Origin: Candidatus Dormibacteria bacterium
Lineage (GTDB): Bacteria > Chloroflexota > Dormibacteria > Aeolococcales > Aeolococcaceae
Assembly: GCA_050011555.1 (NCBI GenBank)
Contig: JBEKIT010000010.1
Span: 18,720-82,719 of the forward strand
Direction of reading: 5' to 3'
DNA length: 64,000 nt
A model generated the notes under the pieces. It was not told where the DNA came from. It did not search any database and saw nothing but the letters and a program-made list of their open reading frames with translations. Below, in pieces: positions 1 to 10,146 of the stretch; positions within the stretch are counted from its first letter, which is position 1; each line of letters begins with the position of its first letter. Position numbers and translations under genes: made by a program.

Positions 1-1
1 G

Positions 2-190
2 ACCTTCTTCGCGTGCGCCTCGGTGCTGGCGACCCTGGCCTGCTTGGTGAACGGCGCCCCGAGCGCACCGTGGCCGGTGGCGACGCCGACCGCGATGGGC
101 GTGCTCGCGGCGAGCGGTCTGATCACTGCGCTGACCAGCGGCGACCCCTATGCCGGCAAGGTGCTCGGGGTGACGGGGGTCGAGGTCTAG
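2..190 (+). CDS. 3' end of a membrane protein gene cut by the window edge
   Basis: Frame 2 is open from the window start to TAG 188-190. The translation (TFFACASVLATLACLVNG...GVLAASGLITALTSGDPYAGKVLGVTGVEV) is hydrophobic with GC-rich third positions. No family recognised. Confidence 0.4.
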   Translation, partial: TFFACASVLATLACLVNGAPSAPWPVATPTAMGVLAASGLITALTSGDPYAGKVLGVTGVEV

Positions 191-238
191 GCGCTGACCT
201 GGGCCCTCCTGAGACGCTGGCACGGACTGGCCGCCCTG

Positions 239-2134
239 ATGCTGGGGATGCTCACCCTGGCGGCCCTCAGCTACGTCGCGTATGCCGCGGCGCTCACTGT
301 GCTGGAGAGCACGGGGGCCCTCTTTTTGTTGGCCTCGAGCCTGCTCCTGGGACTCGAGGTGATCGCTCTCGCGCTCAGCCTCTCCTACGCGTTCGAGATA
401 CTCGACGTTCTCGGCCGCAGGGGCCCACCGCCGCCTCCCGCCCGGGCCGGGCGACTGCCGGTGGTTGCGCTGCAGGTCCCGGCGTACGACGAACCGGTGG
501 CCGTCGTCCGCAAGACCCTCGAGGCGCTGGCCCGGCTCGACTACCCGAGCTTCATGGTGCAGGTGGTCGACAACAACACCCCCGACCCCGCCGTCTGGAT
601 GGGGCTGCAGCGGGTCTGCGAGGAGCTGGGCCCTCGATTCCAGTTCATCCACCTGGAGGACTGGCCGGGATTCAAAGCGGGAGCGCTCAACGAGGCGACT
701 CGCCGCCTGCCCCCCGATGTCGAGGTCATCGGGGTGGTGGACGCCGACTACATCGCTCATCCTGGTTGGTTGAGGGCCACCGCACCGCATTTCGCGGACC
801 CGGACGTCGGCTTCGTCCAGGCGGCGCAGCACTACCGAGATTGGGAGGACGAGCCCTACCTGCGCGGGCTCTTCTACAGCTACCGCTACTTCTTCGACGT
901 CAGCATGCCGGCGCGAGCTCATCGCAACGCCATCATCTTCTGCGGCACGATCGGCCTGGTCCGGCGTCGCCTGCTCGAGGCGGTCGGGGGTTGGGATCCC
1001 GACTGCATCCCCGAGGACGCCGAGTGCAGCCTGCGCATGCTGGGTTGCGGCGGGGGCGTGGTCGGCCACTACGACCCCCGCCCGTGGGGCTCGGGAATGA
1101 TGCCGCTCAGCTTCGACGGTCTCAAGAAGCAGCGCTTCCGCTGGGCCCCGGGGGGGATTCAGATCCTCCGGACGCACTGGCGCGAGATGGTGCCGTTGGC
1201 GAAACACCGCCTCCACCTCACCGCCGCTCAGCGTGTCCACTATCTGCTCGGCTCGGTGCAGTGGTTCGGCGACCTGCTCACCGCCCTCTTCACGCTGATG
1301 CTGGTCGCGACCGGCGTCGCCGCCGCCGCCCATCGTCAACTCCCTCTGCGGCAGATGGCGGGCACCGTGCTGGTGATCCCCGTCGTCTGCCTGGTCACGG
1401 GGTTGCTGCGCGGACTGTGGGCGCTGCGACGCACCACCGGCTGCGGGTGGGGGGATGCGGCGCGAGCTCTCCGGATCTGGTTCGCGCTGTCCTGGGTGGT
1501 GTCGCTGGCCTGCGTCCGGGGACTGGTGCGCCGAGGAGCCGTGTTCCTGCGCACTCCGAAGGCGAAGGAGGGGACCAGCACGCTGGGCCGAGCACTTCGC
1601 TACAGCCTAGCGGAGAGCGTCATCGCCGCAACCACCGCGCTCGCCGTCGCCGCCATGCTGCTGCGCGCCCCCGGCCTCTCCACAGCGCTGCTGGGGCTTC
1701 TGCTGCTCTTCGAGGCGTTCATCTACGTCAGCGCTCCCTGGGCCAGCGCGGCAGCCGAGAGGATCGCGATGACCCCGGCACGGCGGGTCTTCCTGCGATC
1801 CGCCCAGAACACCGGGAACCGGCCGCCGGCGGCGCCGGCGCTCACCGCGATGGGGGCAGGAGGAGTGGCCGCCCTCGCCGTCGACCACCCCATCCGCGAC
1901 GCCAACGGCGACGGCGTCCGCAACACCAACCGTCACCGCCTCCCCCACGCCGACGCCCCGGTCGTCCCCCACCCCAACGCCGACGCCCACTCCGACCGCG
2001 ACGTCGACGCCCACCCCGTCGCCCGGCCCCACTCCCGGCCAGGAGCCGCGATGATCTTCGGGGAGCCCGAGAGCAACTCATCCCCACCATCGGCGCCGTT
2101 CGCGCCGGGCGCGAGTACACTCGGCGGGGCATGA
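239..2134 (+). CDS. Family 2 glycosyltransferase, processive membrane synthase (cellulose/chitin/hyaluronan-synthase-like)
   Basis: 631-aa ORF with N-terminal TM helices and the motifs VVDNN, DADY, PEDAE and QRFRW (D,D,D,QxxRW). It has further TM helices and a His/Asp/Asn-rich tail. Its stop overlaps the next start (ATGA at 2131-2134). Confidence 0.85.
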   Translation: MLGMLTLAALSYVAYAAALTVLESTGALFLLASSLLLGLEVIALALSLSYAFEILDVLGRRGPPPPPARAGRLPVVALQVPAYDEPVAVVRKTLEALARLDYPSFMVQVVDNNTPDPAVWMGLQRVCEELGPRFQFIHLEDWPGFKAGALNEATRRLPPDVEVIGVVDADYIAHPGWLRATAPHFADPDVGFVQAAQHYRDWEDEPYLRGLFYSYRYFFDVSMPARAHRNAIIFCGTIGLVRRRLLEAVGGWDPDCIPEDAECSLRMLGCGGGVVGHYDPRPWGSGMMPLSFDGLKKQRFRWAPGGIQILRTHWREMVPLAKHRLHLTAAQRVHYLLGSVQWFGDLLTALFTLMLVATGVAAAAHRQLPLRQMAGTVLVIPVVCLVTGLLRGLWALRRTTGCGWGDAARALRIWFALSWVVSLACVRGLVRRGAVFLRTPKAKEGTSTLGRALRYSLAESVIAATTALAVAAMLLRAPGLSTALLGLLLLFEAFIYVSAPWASAAAERIAMTPARRVFLRSAQNTGNRPPAAPALTAMGAGGVAALAVDHPIRDANGDGVRNTNRHRLPHADAPVVPHPNADAHSDRDVDAHPVARPHSRPGAAMIFGEPESNSSPPSAPFAPGASTLGGA

Positions 2135-3242
2135 CAGGGCAGTTCGCCGACTTCCTCGCGGCCCATGCCGAACGTGTCGCGGAGATCTGGGCTCAACTCC
2201 AGGGCAGCGCGCCCGAGACGCGACCGGGCGCGGCCACCCGGGGCCCCCGCCAGTTCCTCAGCGCAACCCTGGTGGCGCTCTCCGCCGACGACCTCGGCCC
2301 GCTGATGGCGTTCCACGAGATCGAGTTCGAGAAGCCGTTCGAGATGGACCAGCGCGTGGAGCGGGCCCTGCTCCATCTGGCTGCGCTGCGTCCCGCGACC
2401 GCCAAGGCGGCGGATGAGGCAGGGCTGGACATGGAGTCCCAGCTCTCGCTCGCCCTCGACGCGGCGGAGGACCTCACCACCATCGCCACCCGTCTGAGCG
2501 TGACGGTGGCCCGGCGTCTGGCTCAGCAGATCTCGGCCATGAACACGACGAGCAGCGCTCGAGGGACCTCGCTCTCCATCACCATGCACGAGCTGCGCAG
2601 GCCTCTCACCATCCTCAACAGTTACGGCCAGCTGCTGTCGACCGGCATGCTCGGTCAGATGCCGGACTCGGCCTCGGTGGCCATCGACGGGATCACGGCG
2701 AGCACCGAGATGATGGTCCGGATGGTCAACGCCCTCGCCGAGCTCTCCCGGCTCGAGGACCCCGATGACAAGCTGACCTTCGAGCCGATCGGACTTGCCG
2801 ATCTGATCAGCGGCGGCGTCGAGACGGTGGCCATGGAGGCGAAGCTCCGCGATTGCAAGGTGACCCAGGATGTCTCCTCTGAGATCACCTTCCGCGGCGA
2901 CCGGCGCCGCCTGACCCTCGCCCTGACCAACATCCTGGGCAACGCCGTCAAGCACTCCCCCGACGGCTCCACCATCTCGGTGCGGGGCTGGGAGCAGGAC
3001 CATCAGGTGCACATCGCGGTCCGCGACCAGGGTCCGGGCTTCGCCTCCGAGGACGCGGACAAGCTCTTCGAGAAGTACTACCGCTCGGTCGCCGAGCGCC
3101 ATCGCAAGGTGCCCGGCAGCGGGCTCGGCCTCTACATCGTCAAGACCGTGGCGGAGCGCCATGGCGGGAGCGCGAGCGCACGCTCGGAGCCGGGGAAGGG
3201 CGCCGAGTTCGAGATCATCGTGCCCTCGAGCGAGCGGCGCTG

Positions 3243-3243
<1 letters not shown>
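2131..3243 (+). CDS. Sensor histidine kinase, soluble (no TM segment), HisKA + HATPase_c
   Basis: H-box HELRRPLTIL, N-box LTNILGNAVKHSP, G1 VRDQGPGF and G2 GSGLGLYIV. The N-terminal domain (FADFLAAHAERVAEIWAQL) is reminiscent of RsbRD_N-type domains. ATG 2131 lies inside the long frame-1 ORF 13..3243. Confidence 0.85.
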
Positions 3244-4676
<1,433 letters not shown>

Positions 4677-4732
4677 TCAGCCGGCCTCGATCGGGAGCTT
4701 CCCCGACTGACCCGTCCGCCGCCTCGACGGTC

Positions 4733-5278
4733 TCAGGCGCGCCCGCCCGGCCGAGCGAGATCGGCGGCGAGCTGCGCCTCGAGCTCCTCGCGGTCCCAGA
4801 GCAGGACTCCGGCCTCGGCGGCGAGCTGGCGCGCGTCCTCGCGGAAGGGCGCGGTGCCGACCACCATGCCCCCCATCTGGGAGCAGCCCAGTCGGGCCAG
4901 GGTGCCGGAATGGTGCTGCAGCGCGGCCAGCACGGCCCGGACGACCTCCGGACCGAGGGGAGCATTCCACCGCTTGACCTGGACGGCCACCCCCTGGTCG
5001 CCCCGGCAGATCAGCAGCGCCGACCCGATCTCGCCGCGGCTCGGCACCGGCCAGACGGTGTACCCACGGCGGCCGAAGAGGCCGGTGAGGTGCCGTTCGA
5101 GATCCTCGCCACTCATCACGGTCAGGTTGATCCGGGGGGGAGTGGACGTCGCCGGAATCTCGGCGTGCGGCCGGGCGGGCACCGGTGCTCCGGCACGAAC
5201 GGGCGACGGGCCGTCGCCCTGGCCGCGATGCCAGAGCTTGGCCACGCCGAAGGGCGACACCCCCTGACCGATCTGCAC
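4733..5278 (-). CDS. Mrr_cat-like (PD-(D/E)xK restriction-endonuclease fold) protein
   Basis: The core LERHLTGLFGRRGYTVW...GDQGVAVQVKRW...VVRAVLAAL...GMVVGTAPFREDARQLAAEAGVLLWDREELE resembles the Mrr catalytic domain. GTG start at 5278, with an alternative ATG at 5116 (MSGEDLE). GC3 is high across the whole ORF. Confidence 0.55.
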   Translation of the reverse strand: MQIGQGVSPFGVAKLWHRGQGDGPSPVRAGAPVPARPHAEIPATSTPPRINLTVMSGEDLERHLTGLFGRRGYTVWPVPSRGEIGSALLICRGDQGVAVQVKRWNAPLGPEVVRAVLAALQHHSGTLARLGCSQMGGMVVGTAPFREDARQLAAEAGVLLWDREELEAQLAADLARPGGRA

Positions 5279-5298
5279 CCTGACACTCCCGGAATCAA

Positions 5299-5317
5299 CT
5301 CCAGCGAAGCGCTGGAG
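5299..5317 (-). terminator. Hairpin CTCCAGCG-AAG-CGCTGGAG downstream of the Fur-family gene
   Basis: Perfect 8-bp stem with a 3-nt loop, about 90 nt after the fur-family stop and about 20 nt before the next start. No clear U-tract. Confidence 0.25.
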
Positions 5318-5408
5318 GCACGGCGACGAGCCTCAACATACGGCGCCGGCCGTTCCGGGTACGACATCACGATGTCACAGAACAGCCTCGCGCGTGCTAC
5401 GTGCCGGC

Positions 5409-5864
5409 TCAGTCTCCGGACGAGCTGCAGGCGGCGCAGATCCCGGGCAGGAGCAGGGGGTGGTGGGCGAGCGAGAACCCGGTGTCCCGGCGGAGTCGCG
5501 AGGCCAGGGCGTGGACGGCCTCGACGCTCACATCCTCGGTGGCGCCGCAGCGCGTGCAGACGGCGTGGTGGTGGGCGATCTCCTGGATCTCGAAGCGGGC
5601 CACCCCGTCACCGAGCCTCACCTGCTCCAGGAGTCCCGCGTCGGTGAGGTCGGCGAGCACCCGGTAGACGGTGGAGCGGTCCATCTCCTCGTTGCGCTGG
5701 AGGCGCTGCCAGACGTCCTCAGCGCTGAGGTGGGCTCCACCGGCACGGGCGGCGACCGCCAGCACGGCGATGCGCTGCGGCGTGGCCCGGAGGCCGGCGG
5801 CGCGGATGATCTCCCGGGTCGCGGCCTCGCCGCTCCGCGACGGCCTGGCTGCAGGCGGACTCAT
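5409..5864 (-). CDS. Fur family transcriptional regulator (Fur/Zur/PerR type)
   Basis: 152 aa from ATG 5864. Winged helix LRATPQRIAVLAVA...STVYRVLADL, with metal-site motifs HHHAVCTRCG and HHPLLLPGICAAC. The upstream part of ORF 5409..6077 is Arg-rich and looks non-coding. Confidence 0.8.
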   Translation of the reverse strand: MSPPAARPSRSGEAATREIIRAAGLRATPQRIAVLAVAARAGGAHLSAEDVWQRLQRNEEMDRSTVYRVLADLTDAGLLEQVRLGDGVARFEIQEIAHHHAVCTRCGATEDVSVEAVHALASRLRRDTGFSLAHHPLLLPGICAACSSSGD

Positions 5865-6094
5865 CGGCGTCAGTGTACCCGGCGGGCGGGAGCCCAACCG
5901 GTGGTGCCGCCGCCGGAGTGGCGCCGATCGCATCCGGTTCCACGACCCTCCCGCGACCAGGCCGAGCTCGCAACCCGCACCCGGTCTGCGAGCGGGGGGC
6001 GAGCTCAGCCGACGACGACCACGAGCGGGGGGAGTCGCGGCGTGGCCGCGACCCGGCAAACTAGGGATCAAGCCCACACCCCAGGAGATCCGAC

Positions 6095-7801
6095 GTGGCC
6101 GAGCCCGTTCGCGCCAGTCTCCCCGCCAGGATCGAGCACCCGACCCTCGACCTGCCCACCCGGGAGAAGCTCATCGTCATGGTGGCGGTCCTCCTCGGCC
6201 TCTTCCTGAGCGCGCTGGACCAGACCATCGTCGGGGTGGCCCTGCCCCGGATCGTCAGCGACCTCAAGGGCAGCGACCTCTACACCTGGGTGGTCACCGC
6301 CTACCTGCTCACCAGCACGATCACCGTGCCGATCTACGGGAAGCTCGGCGACGTCTTCGGACGGCAGCGGATGCTGATCGTCGGGATCCTCATCTTCCTG
6401 GCCGGGTCGGCGCTCTCCGGACTCTCCCAGAGCATGGGCGAGCTGATCGTCTTCCGGGCCATCCAGGGGTGCGGAGCGGGTGCGCTGTTCCCCATCTCCC
6501 TGGCGGTGATCGGCGACCTCTTCACGCCCCGGGAGCGCGGCCGCTACCAGGGGCTCTTCGGCGCCGTCTTCGGGGTCAGCTTCATCGTCGGCCCCTTCCT
6601 GGGCGGGATCATCACCGACGACATCAGCTGGCACTGGATCTTCTACGTCAACGTCCCGGTCGGGATCGTCGCCCTCTACGCGATCTCCACCCGCCTCCCC
6701 AACCTCAAGACCACCGCCGCCCGGCTGCGCGACCTTGACTTCTCCGGGATCGCGATCTTCACGGTGGGGGTGGTGCCCATCCTGATCGGCCTCACCTTCA
6801 AGGGGCTGACCAGCTCCGGCGGCAGCCTGTACGGGTGGACCTCGTGGCAGGTCGGCGGGCTCATCCTGCTCGGGCTCCTGATCATGGCCGGCTTCATCGT
6901 CAACGAGGCGCGCGCCCGGCAGCCGATCATTCCGCTCGACCTCTTCTCCACCCGAACCCTGGCGGCCACCAACGTCGCCGTCTTCATGATCGCGTCGTGC
7001 ATGTTCGCGGCGGTCATCTTCATCCCCCTCTACTACCAGGTGGTCAAGGGGGTGAGCGCCACCGCCTCCGGCTACTCGATGTGGCCGCTGCTGGTGGGCC
7101 TCATCGCCACCAGCATCGGTGCCGGCTTCTTCCTCACCAAGACCGGCCGTTACAAGGCGCTGCTCCTGATCGGCCTCGCCGTGCTCATCGCCGGAAGCTT
7201 CCTGCTCACCCACCTCAGCCCGTCGACGTCGACCCCCACCCTCTGGCTCTGGCTGGCCCTGACGGGTTTGGGGATCGGTCCCTCGATGTCGGTCTTCACC
7301 GTCGTGATCCAGAACGCGGCACCGCGCGAGCGGCTCGGCACCGCCACCAGCACCCTCACCTTCCTCCGCCAGGTCGGGGGCGTGGTCGGGCTGGCGGTGG
7401 CGGGCACCGTCTTCACCCAGAACCTCTCCACCCAGCTGCCCAAGCAGCTGAGCGCCGCCCACCTGCCCAGCCAGCTCACCGCCCACGTCACGGGGAGCGG
7501 CGCCTTCTCGGAGAACAACATCGCGTCGGTGGGCAACCTCGGCCAGACCATCCTGCAGGCGGTGCCGGCGGCGGCGCGCCCGGCGATCGAGCCGTACCTC
7601 GGCCAGATCGTCCACGCCCTGCACGACGCGATGTCCCTCGCCCTCGGAGGCGTGTTCTGGGTGGCACTGGTCGGAGCGGTGCTCGGCTTCCTCGCCACCC
7701 TGGTGATCCGCGAGCTCCCGCTCCGGGGCAGCGGCCGGGCGGCCCAGGGAACCACCACCGAGGCCCCGGACGAGGAACGGGAGATGGCCACCGTCGGCTG
7801 A
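6095..7801 (+). CDS. MFS transporter, DHA2 (EmrB/QacA-like, 14 TM) family
   Basis: LSALDQTIVGVALPRI and GKLGDVFGRQR motifs with many TM helices. GTG start is preceded by AGGAG at 6083-6087. Confidence 0.85.
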   Translation: MAEPVRASLPARIEHPTLDLPTREKLIVMVAVLLGLFLSALDQTIVGVALPRIVSDLKGSDLYTWVVTAYLLTSTITVPIYGKLGDVFGRQRMLIVGILIFLAGSALSGLSQSMGELIVFRAIQGCGAGALFPISLAVIGDLFTPRERGRYQGLFGAVFGVSFIVGPFLGGIITDDISWHWIFYVNVPVGIVALYAISTRLPNLKTTAARLRDLDFSGIAIFTVGVVPILIGLTFKGLTSSGGSLYGWTSWQVGGLILLGLLIMAGFIVNEARARQPIIPLDLFSTRTLAATNVAVFMIASCMFAAVIFIPLYYQVVKGVSATASGYSMWPLLVGLIATSIGAGFFLTKTGRYKALLLIGLAVLIAGSFLLTHLSPSTSTPTLWLWLALTGLGIGPSMSVFTVVIQNAAPRERLGTATSTLTFLRQVGGVVGLAVAGTVFTQNLSTQLPKQLSAAHLPSQLTAHVTGSGAFSENNIASVGNLGQTILQAVPAAARPAIEPYLGQIVHALHDAMSLALGGVFWVALVGAVLGFLATLVIRELPLRGSGRAAQGTTTEAPDEEREMATVG

Positions 7802-7836
7802 TCGGCGGGCGGATGGGCGGGACGGGCGGACGCTCT

Positions 7837-7910
7837 CAACCGGGTGGACGGACGTCCTCAGCCGGGTGGACGGACGTCCTCGGCCGGGTGGACGTCCTCA
7901 GCCGGGCACC
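7837..7910. repeat. Tandem direct repeat, 22-nt unit CA(A/G)CCGGGTGGACGGACGTCCT, about 3.5 copies
   Basis: Units at 7837-7858, 7859-7880, 7881-7898 (with a 4-nt deletion) and a partial unit at 7899-7910. Each contains the inverted repeat GGACG..CGTCC. The array lies between convergent gene ends and overlaps the HAD stop codon. Confidence 0.8.
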
Positions 7911-8539
7911 AGGCTTAGGGCCTCCTCGAGGTTCTCCGCGGTGGCGAAGGGACGCCATCTCGTCTCCGTCCGGGTGCGACCGCGGCGCAGCCAGATCCCC
8001 GGAATCCGCATCTCCACAGCGGCGGCGATGTCGGCCTCGGCCTGGTCACCGATGAGCCACCCCTCCTCGATCTCACAGCCGGCGAGGCGAGCTGCCGCCT
8101 CGAAGATGCGCCGATCCGGCTTGCTCACCCCGAGCTCCTCGGAGACGACGACGACATCCACCACCGGGAGCAGCCCGCACCTCTCCACCTTGGTCCGCTG
8201 AGATGGCGGGCCGTTGGTGACGATGGCGACGGTCCAGCCGCTCCGTCGCAGCCGGCCAAGGCGCCGCACGACCGCTGAGTCGACCGGCCGGAGGAAGGCG
8301 GGGTACTCGCGGCGGTAGCGGTCGACAAGATCCGAGACCGGGTCCGCGATCCCCCACCGGGAACGCACCTCCTCGAAGAGCGGCTCGCGCGCCCGCATCC
8401 CGTCGTGGTCGATGCTCACCAGCCACTCGACCTCCGGGGAGTCGCGCCCCATGCGAGCCGCGTAGTCCTCGGCCCAGGCCCGGTAGGCCGCGGCCCGGTC
8501 GATCAGGGTGTTGTCCAGGTCGCAGAAGAGGAGCGGCAT
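7898..8539 (-). CDS. HAD-superfamily hydrolase (subfamily IA-like)
   Basis: 213 aa from ATG 8539 (MPLLFCDLDNTLID), with motifs DLDNT, VTNG and GDQAEADI. It is the C-terminal part of ORF 7898..9208. Confidence 0.8.
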   Translation of the reverse strand: MPLLFCDLDNTLIDRAAAYRAWAEDYAARMGRDSPEVEWLVSIDHDGMRAREPLFEEVRSRWGIADPVSDLVDRYRREYPAFLRPVDSAVVRRLGRLRRSGWTVAIVTNGPPSQRTKVERCGLLPVVDVVVVSEELGVSKPDRRIFEAAARLAGCEIEEGWLIGDQAEADIAAAVEMRIPGIWLRRGRTRTETRWRPFATAENLEEALSLVPG

Positions 8540-8614
8540 GCGCGGGAAACGGAGTATGGCGCCGCCGGCTCGGCGGAGGGTGCGGGCGGCGGCGCTGATA
8601 CCCTCTCCCCGGCC

Positions 8615-9406
8615 ATGAGCAGCGGCGACTCCACCCCCGCCCCGCAGTGGGACCCGGAGCAGTACAACCGGTTCGCCGCCGAGCGGGAGCAGCCCTTCTG
8701 GGACCTCCGGGCGCTGCTCGAGCCGGTGGCATCGCCCCGGGTCGCCGACCTGGGCTGCGGCGACGGCCGGCTCACCGCGGCGCTGCACCGCGAACTCGGA
8801 GCGGCGAGCACCATGGGGCTGGACCTCTCGCCGGCGATGCTGGCCGAGGCCGGGCGGCACGCCGGCGAGCCGGTGACATTCGTCTCCGGTGATCTCGGCG
8901 CCTGGCGCGGTTCGGGATTCGACATCGTCTTCAGCAACGCGGCCCTCCAATGGGTGCCCGACCATGCCGCGGCGCTGGAGCGCTGGCGAGGTTCGCTCGC
9001 CGAGGGCGGCCAGCTCGCAGTCCAGGTCCCGGCCAAGGCCGACCATCCCTCCCACGCCGTGCTGCGGGAGCTGGCCGCGGAGCGGCTCGGCCCCGCCGCC
9101 CCGGCTGACCCGGTCGCCACCAACGTGCTCCCCCCCGAGGCCTACGCGGCGCTCCTCGACGGGCTCGGCTTCACGCGCCAGCACGTCCGGCTGCAGGTCT
9201 ACCCCCACCGGCTCGCCTCGGCCGCGGAGGTCGTGGAGTGGATGAAGGGCACCTCGCTGACGCGCTTCCGGCGCGTTCTGGACCCCTCGGACTACGAATC
9301 CCTCGTCGAGGAGTACCGCAGGCGTCTGGTGCTGGCCCTCCCCGCCGGCCGCCCCTACCTCTACGCCTTCAAGCGAATCCTGCTCTGGGGGCGGCTCCCG
9401 GGGTAG
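8615..9406 (+). CDS. tam: Trans-aconitate 2-methyltransferase-like SAM-dependent methyltransferase
   Basis: From ATG 8615. WDPEQYNRFAAER, VADLGCGDG and FSNAALQWVPDH align with E. coli Tam as recalled. Confidence 0.75.
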   Translation: MSSGDSTPAPQWDPEQYNRFAAEREQPFWDLRALLEPVASPRVADLGCGDGRLTAALHRELGAASTMGLDLSPAMLAEAGRHAGEPVTFVSGDLGAWRGSGFDIVFSNAALQWVPDHAAALERWRGSLAEGGQLAVQVPAKADHPSHAVLRELAAERLGPAAPADPVATNVLPPEAYAALLDGLGFTRQHVRLQVYPHRLASAAEVVEWMKGTSLTRFRRVLDPSDYESLVEEYRRRLVLALPAGRPYLYAFKRILLWGRLPG

Positions 9407-9497
9407 CCGACAGTGCGGGTCCGATCCGGATCCGGCTCTTGCTGATCGCGATCCGCCGTGCGGGTCTGATCCGGCCCTTCGGGATCCTGATTCGCCC

Positions 9498-9527
9498 TTG
9501 ACGAATAGTTTGCTCTAAACGTACGAT
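9498..9527 (+). promoter_or_regulatory. Sigma-70-type promoter of marR (TTGACG-18 nt-TACGAT), apparently leaderless
   Basis: TTGACG at 9498-9503 and TACGAT at 9522-9527, with the GTG start at 9535 only 7 nt after the -10. This is a locally AT-rich patch with no Shine-Dalgarno sequence. Confidence 0.45.
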
Positions 9528-9534
9528 CGGGGGG

Positions 9535-10146
9535 GTGACCACGAGGGAGAGCCCACCCTCGCACGCCGATGGCGGCACGGCCGAGAGAGCGCTGAGCGCG
9601 CTGGTTCAACTGCTGGCGAGCGTCGAGGCCATCGAGTTCCGCCGCTGGGGAGACCTGGGGCTGACCATCAGCCAGCTCCGGGTGCTCCACCTCCTCCGCG
9701 AACACCCGGCCAGCTGTGGCCAGGTCGCCGAGCACCTCGGCATCACCGCCTCGACCGCGACCGCGCTGATCGAGCGGATCGTCCGCCGCGGGCTGGTGGA
9801 GCGCGCTGCCCGGGAGGGCGATCGCCGGGTCACCGACCTCCACCTCACCGAGAGCGGCCGGCTGCTGCTGGAGGAGAAGGAGCGGGGCAAGCGCGGGGTC
9901 ATCACCGAGTCGATCGGCGAGCTCGCCCCGGAGGAGCGGGAGCGGCTCGCCGGGCTGCTGGATCGGCTGGCCGCGGCGGTCCAGGCCCGCGAGGGGACGG
10001 CCACAGAGCCTGCGGGCGGGACGGCGGCGGCACCTCGGCGCGTCCCGGATGGAGAGCCGGACCGACCGGATCGAGAGCCGGACCGCGAGCGCCCCCGTCG
10101 ACCCGCCGGGCGGCCCGGCGCGCCCACCTCCCCGGTGAGCGGATGA
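9535..10146 (+). CDS. MarR family transcriptional regulator
   Basis: The winged HTH LTISQLRVLHLLREHPASCGQVAEHLGITASTATALIERIVRRGLVER...GDRRV is typical of MarR. Its stop overlaps the next ATG (ATGA). Confidence 0.85.
   Translation: MTTRESPPSHADGGTAERALSALVQLLASVEAIEFRRWGDLGLTISQLRVLHLLREHPASCGQVAEHLGITASTATALIERIVRRGLVERAAREGDRRVTDLHLTESGRLLLEEKERGKRGVITESIGELAPEERERLAGLLDRLAAAVQAREGTATEPAGGTAAAPRRVPDGEPDRPDREPDRERPRRPAGRPGAPTSPVSG

Noticed and set aside
1863-2054. Alternative frame of the GT2 3' end encoding a classic Pro/Thr linker (TPTATASATPTVTASPTPTP...TPTPSPGPTPGQEPR), suggesting a frameshift
   Set aside because: The annotated frame has a G or C at almost every third position, while several third positions in the PT frame are A or T. 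The annotated frame also ends in the ATGA overlap with the kinase start. Upstream of about 1860 the PT frame is Arg-rich nonsense. The ambiguity is still worth remembering if a sequencing error is suspected.
7837-7910. CRISPR-like arrays at the tandem repeats 7837-7910 and 43059-43158
   Set aside because: The repeats are directly adjacent with no unique spacers. There are only 3-4 units of 22-25 nt, and no cas genes are in the window.
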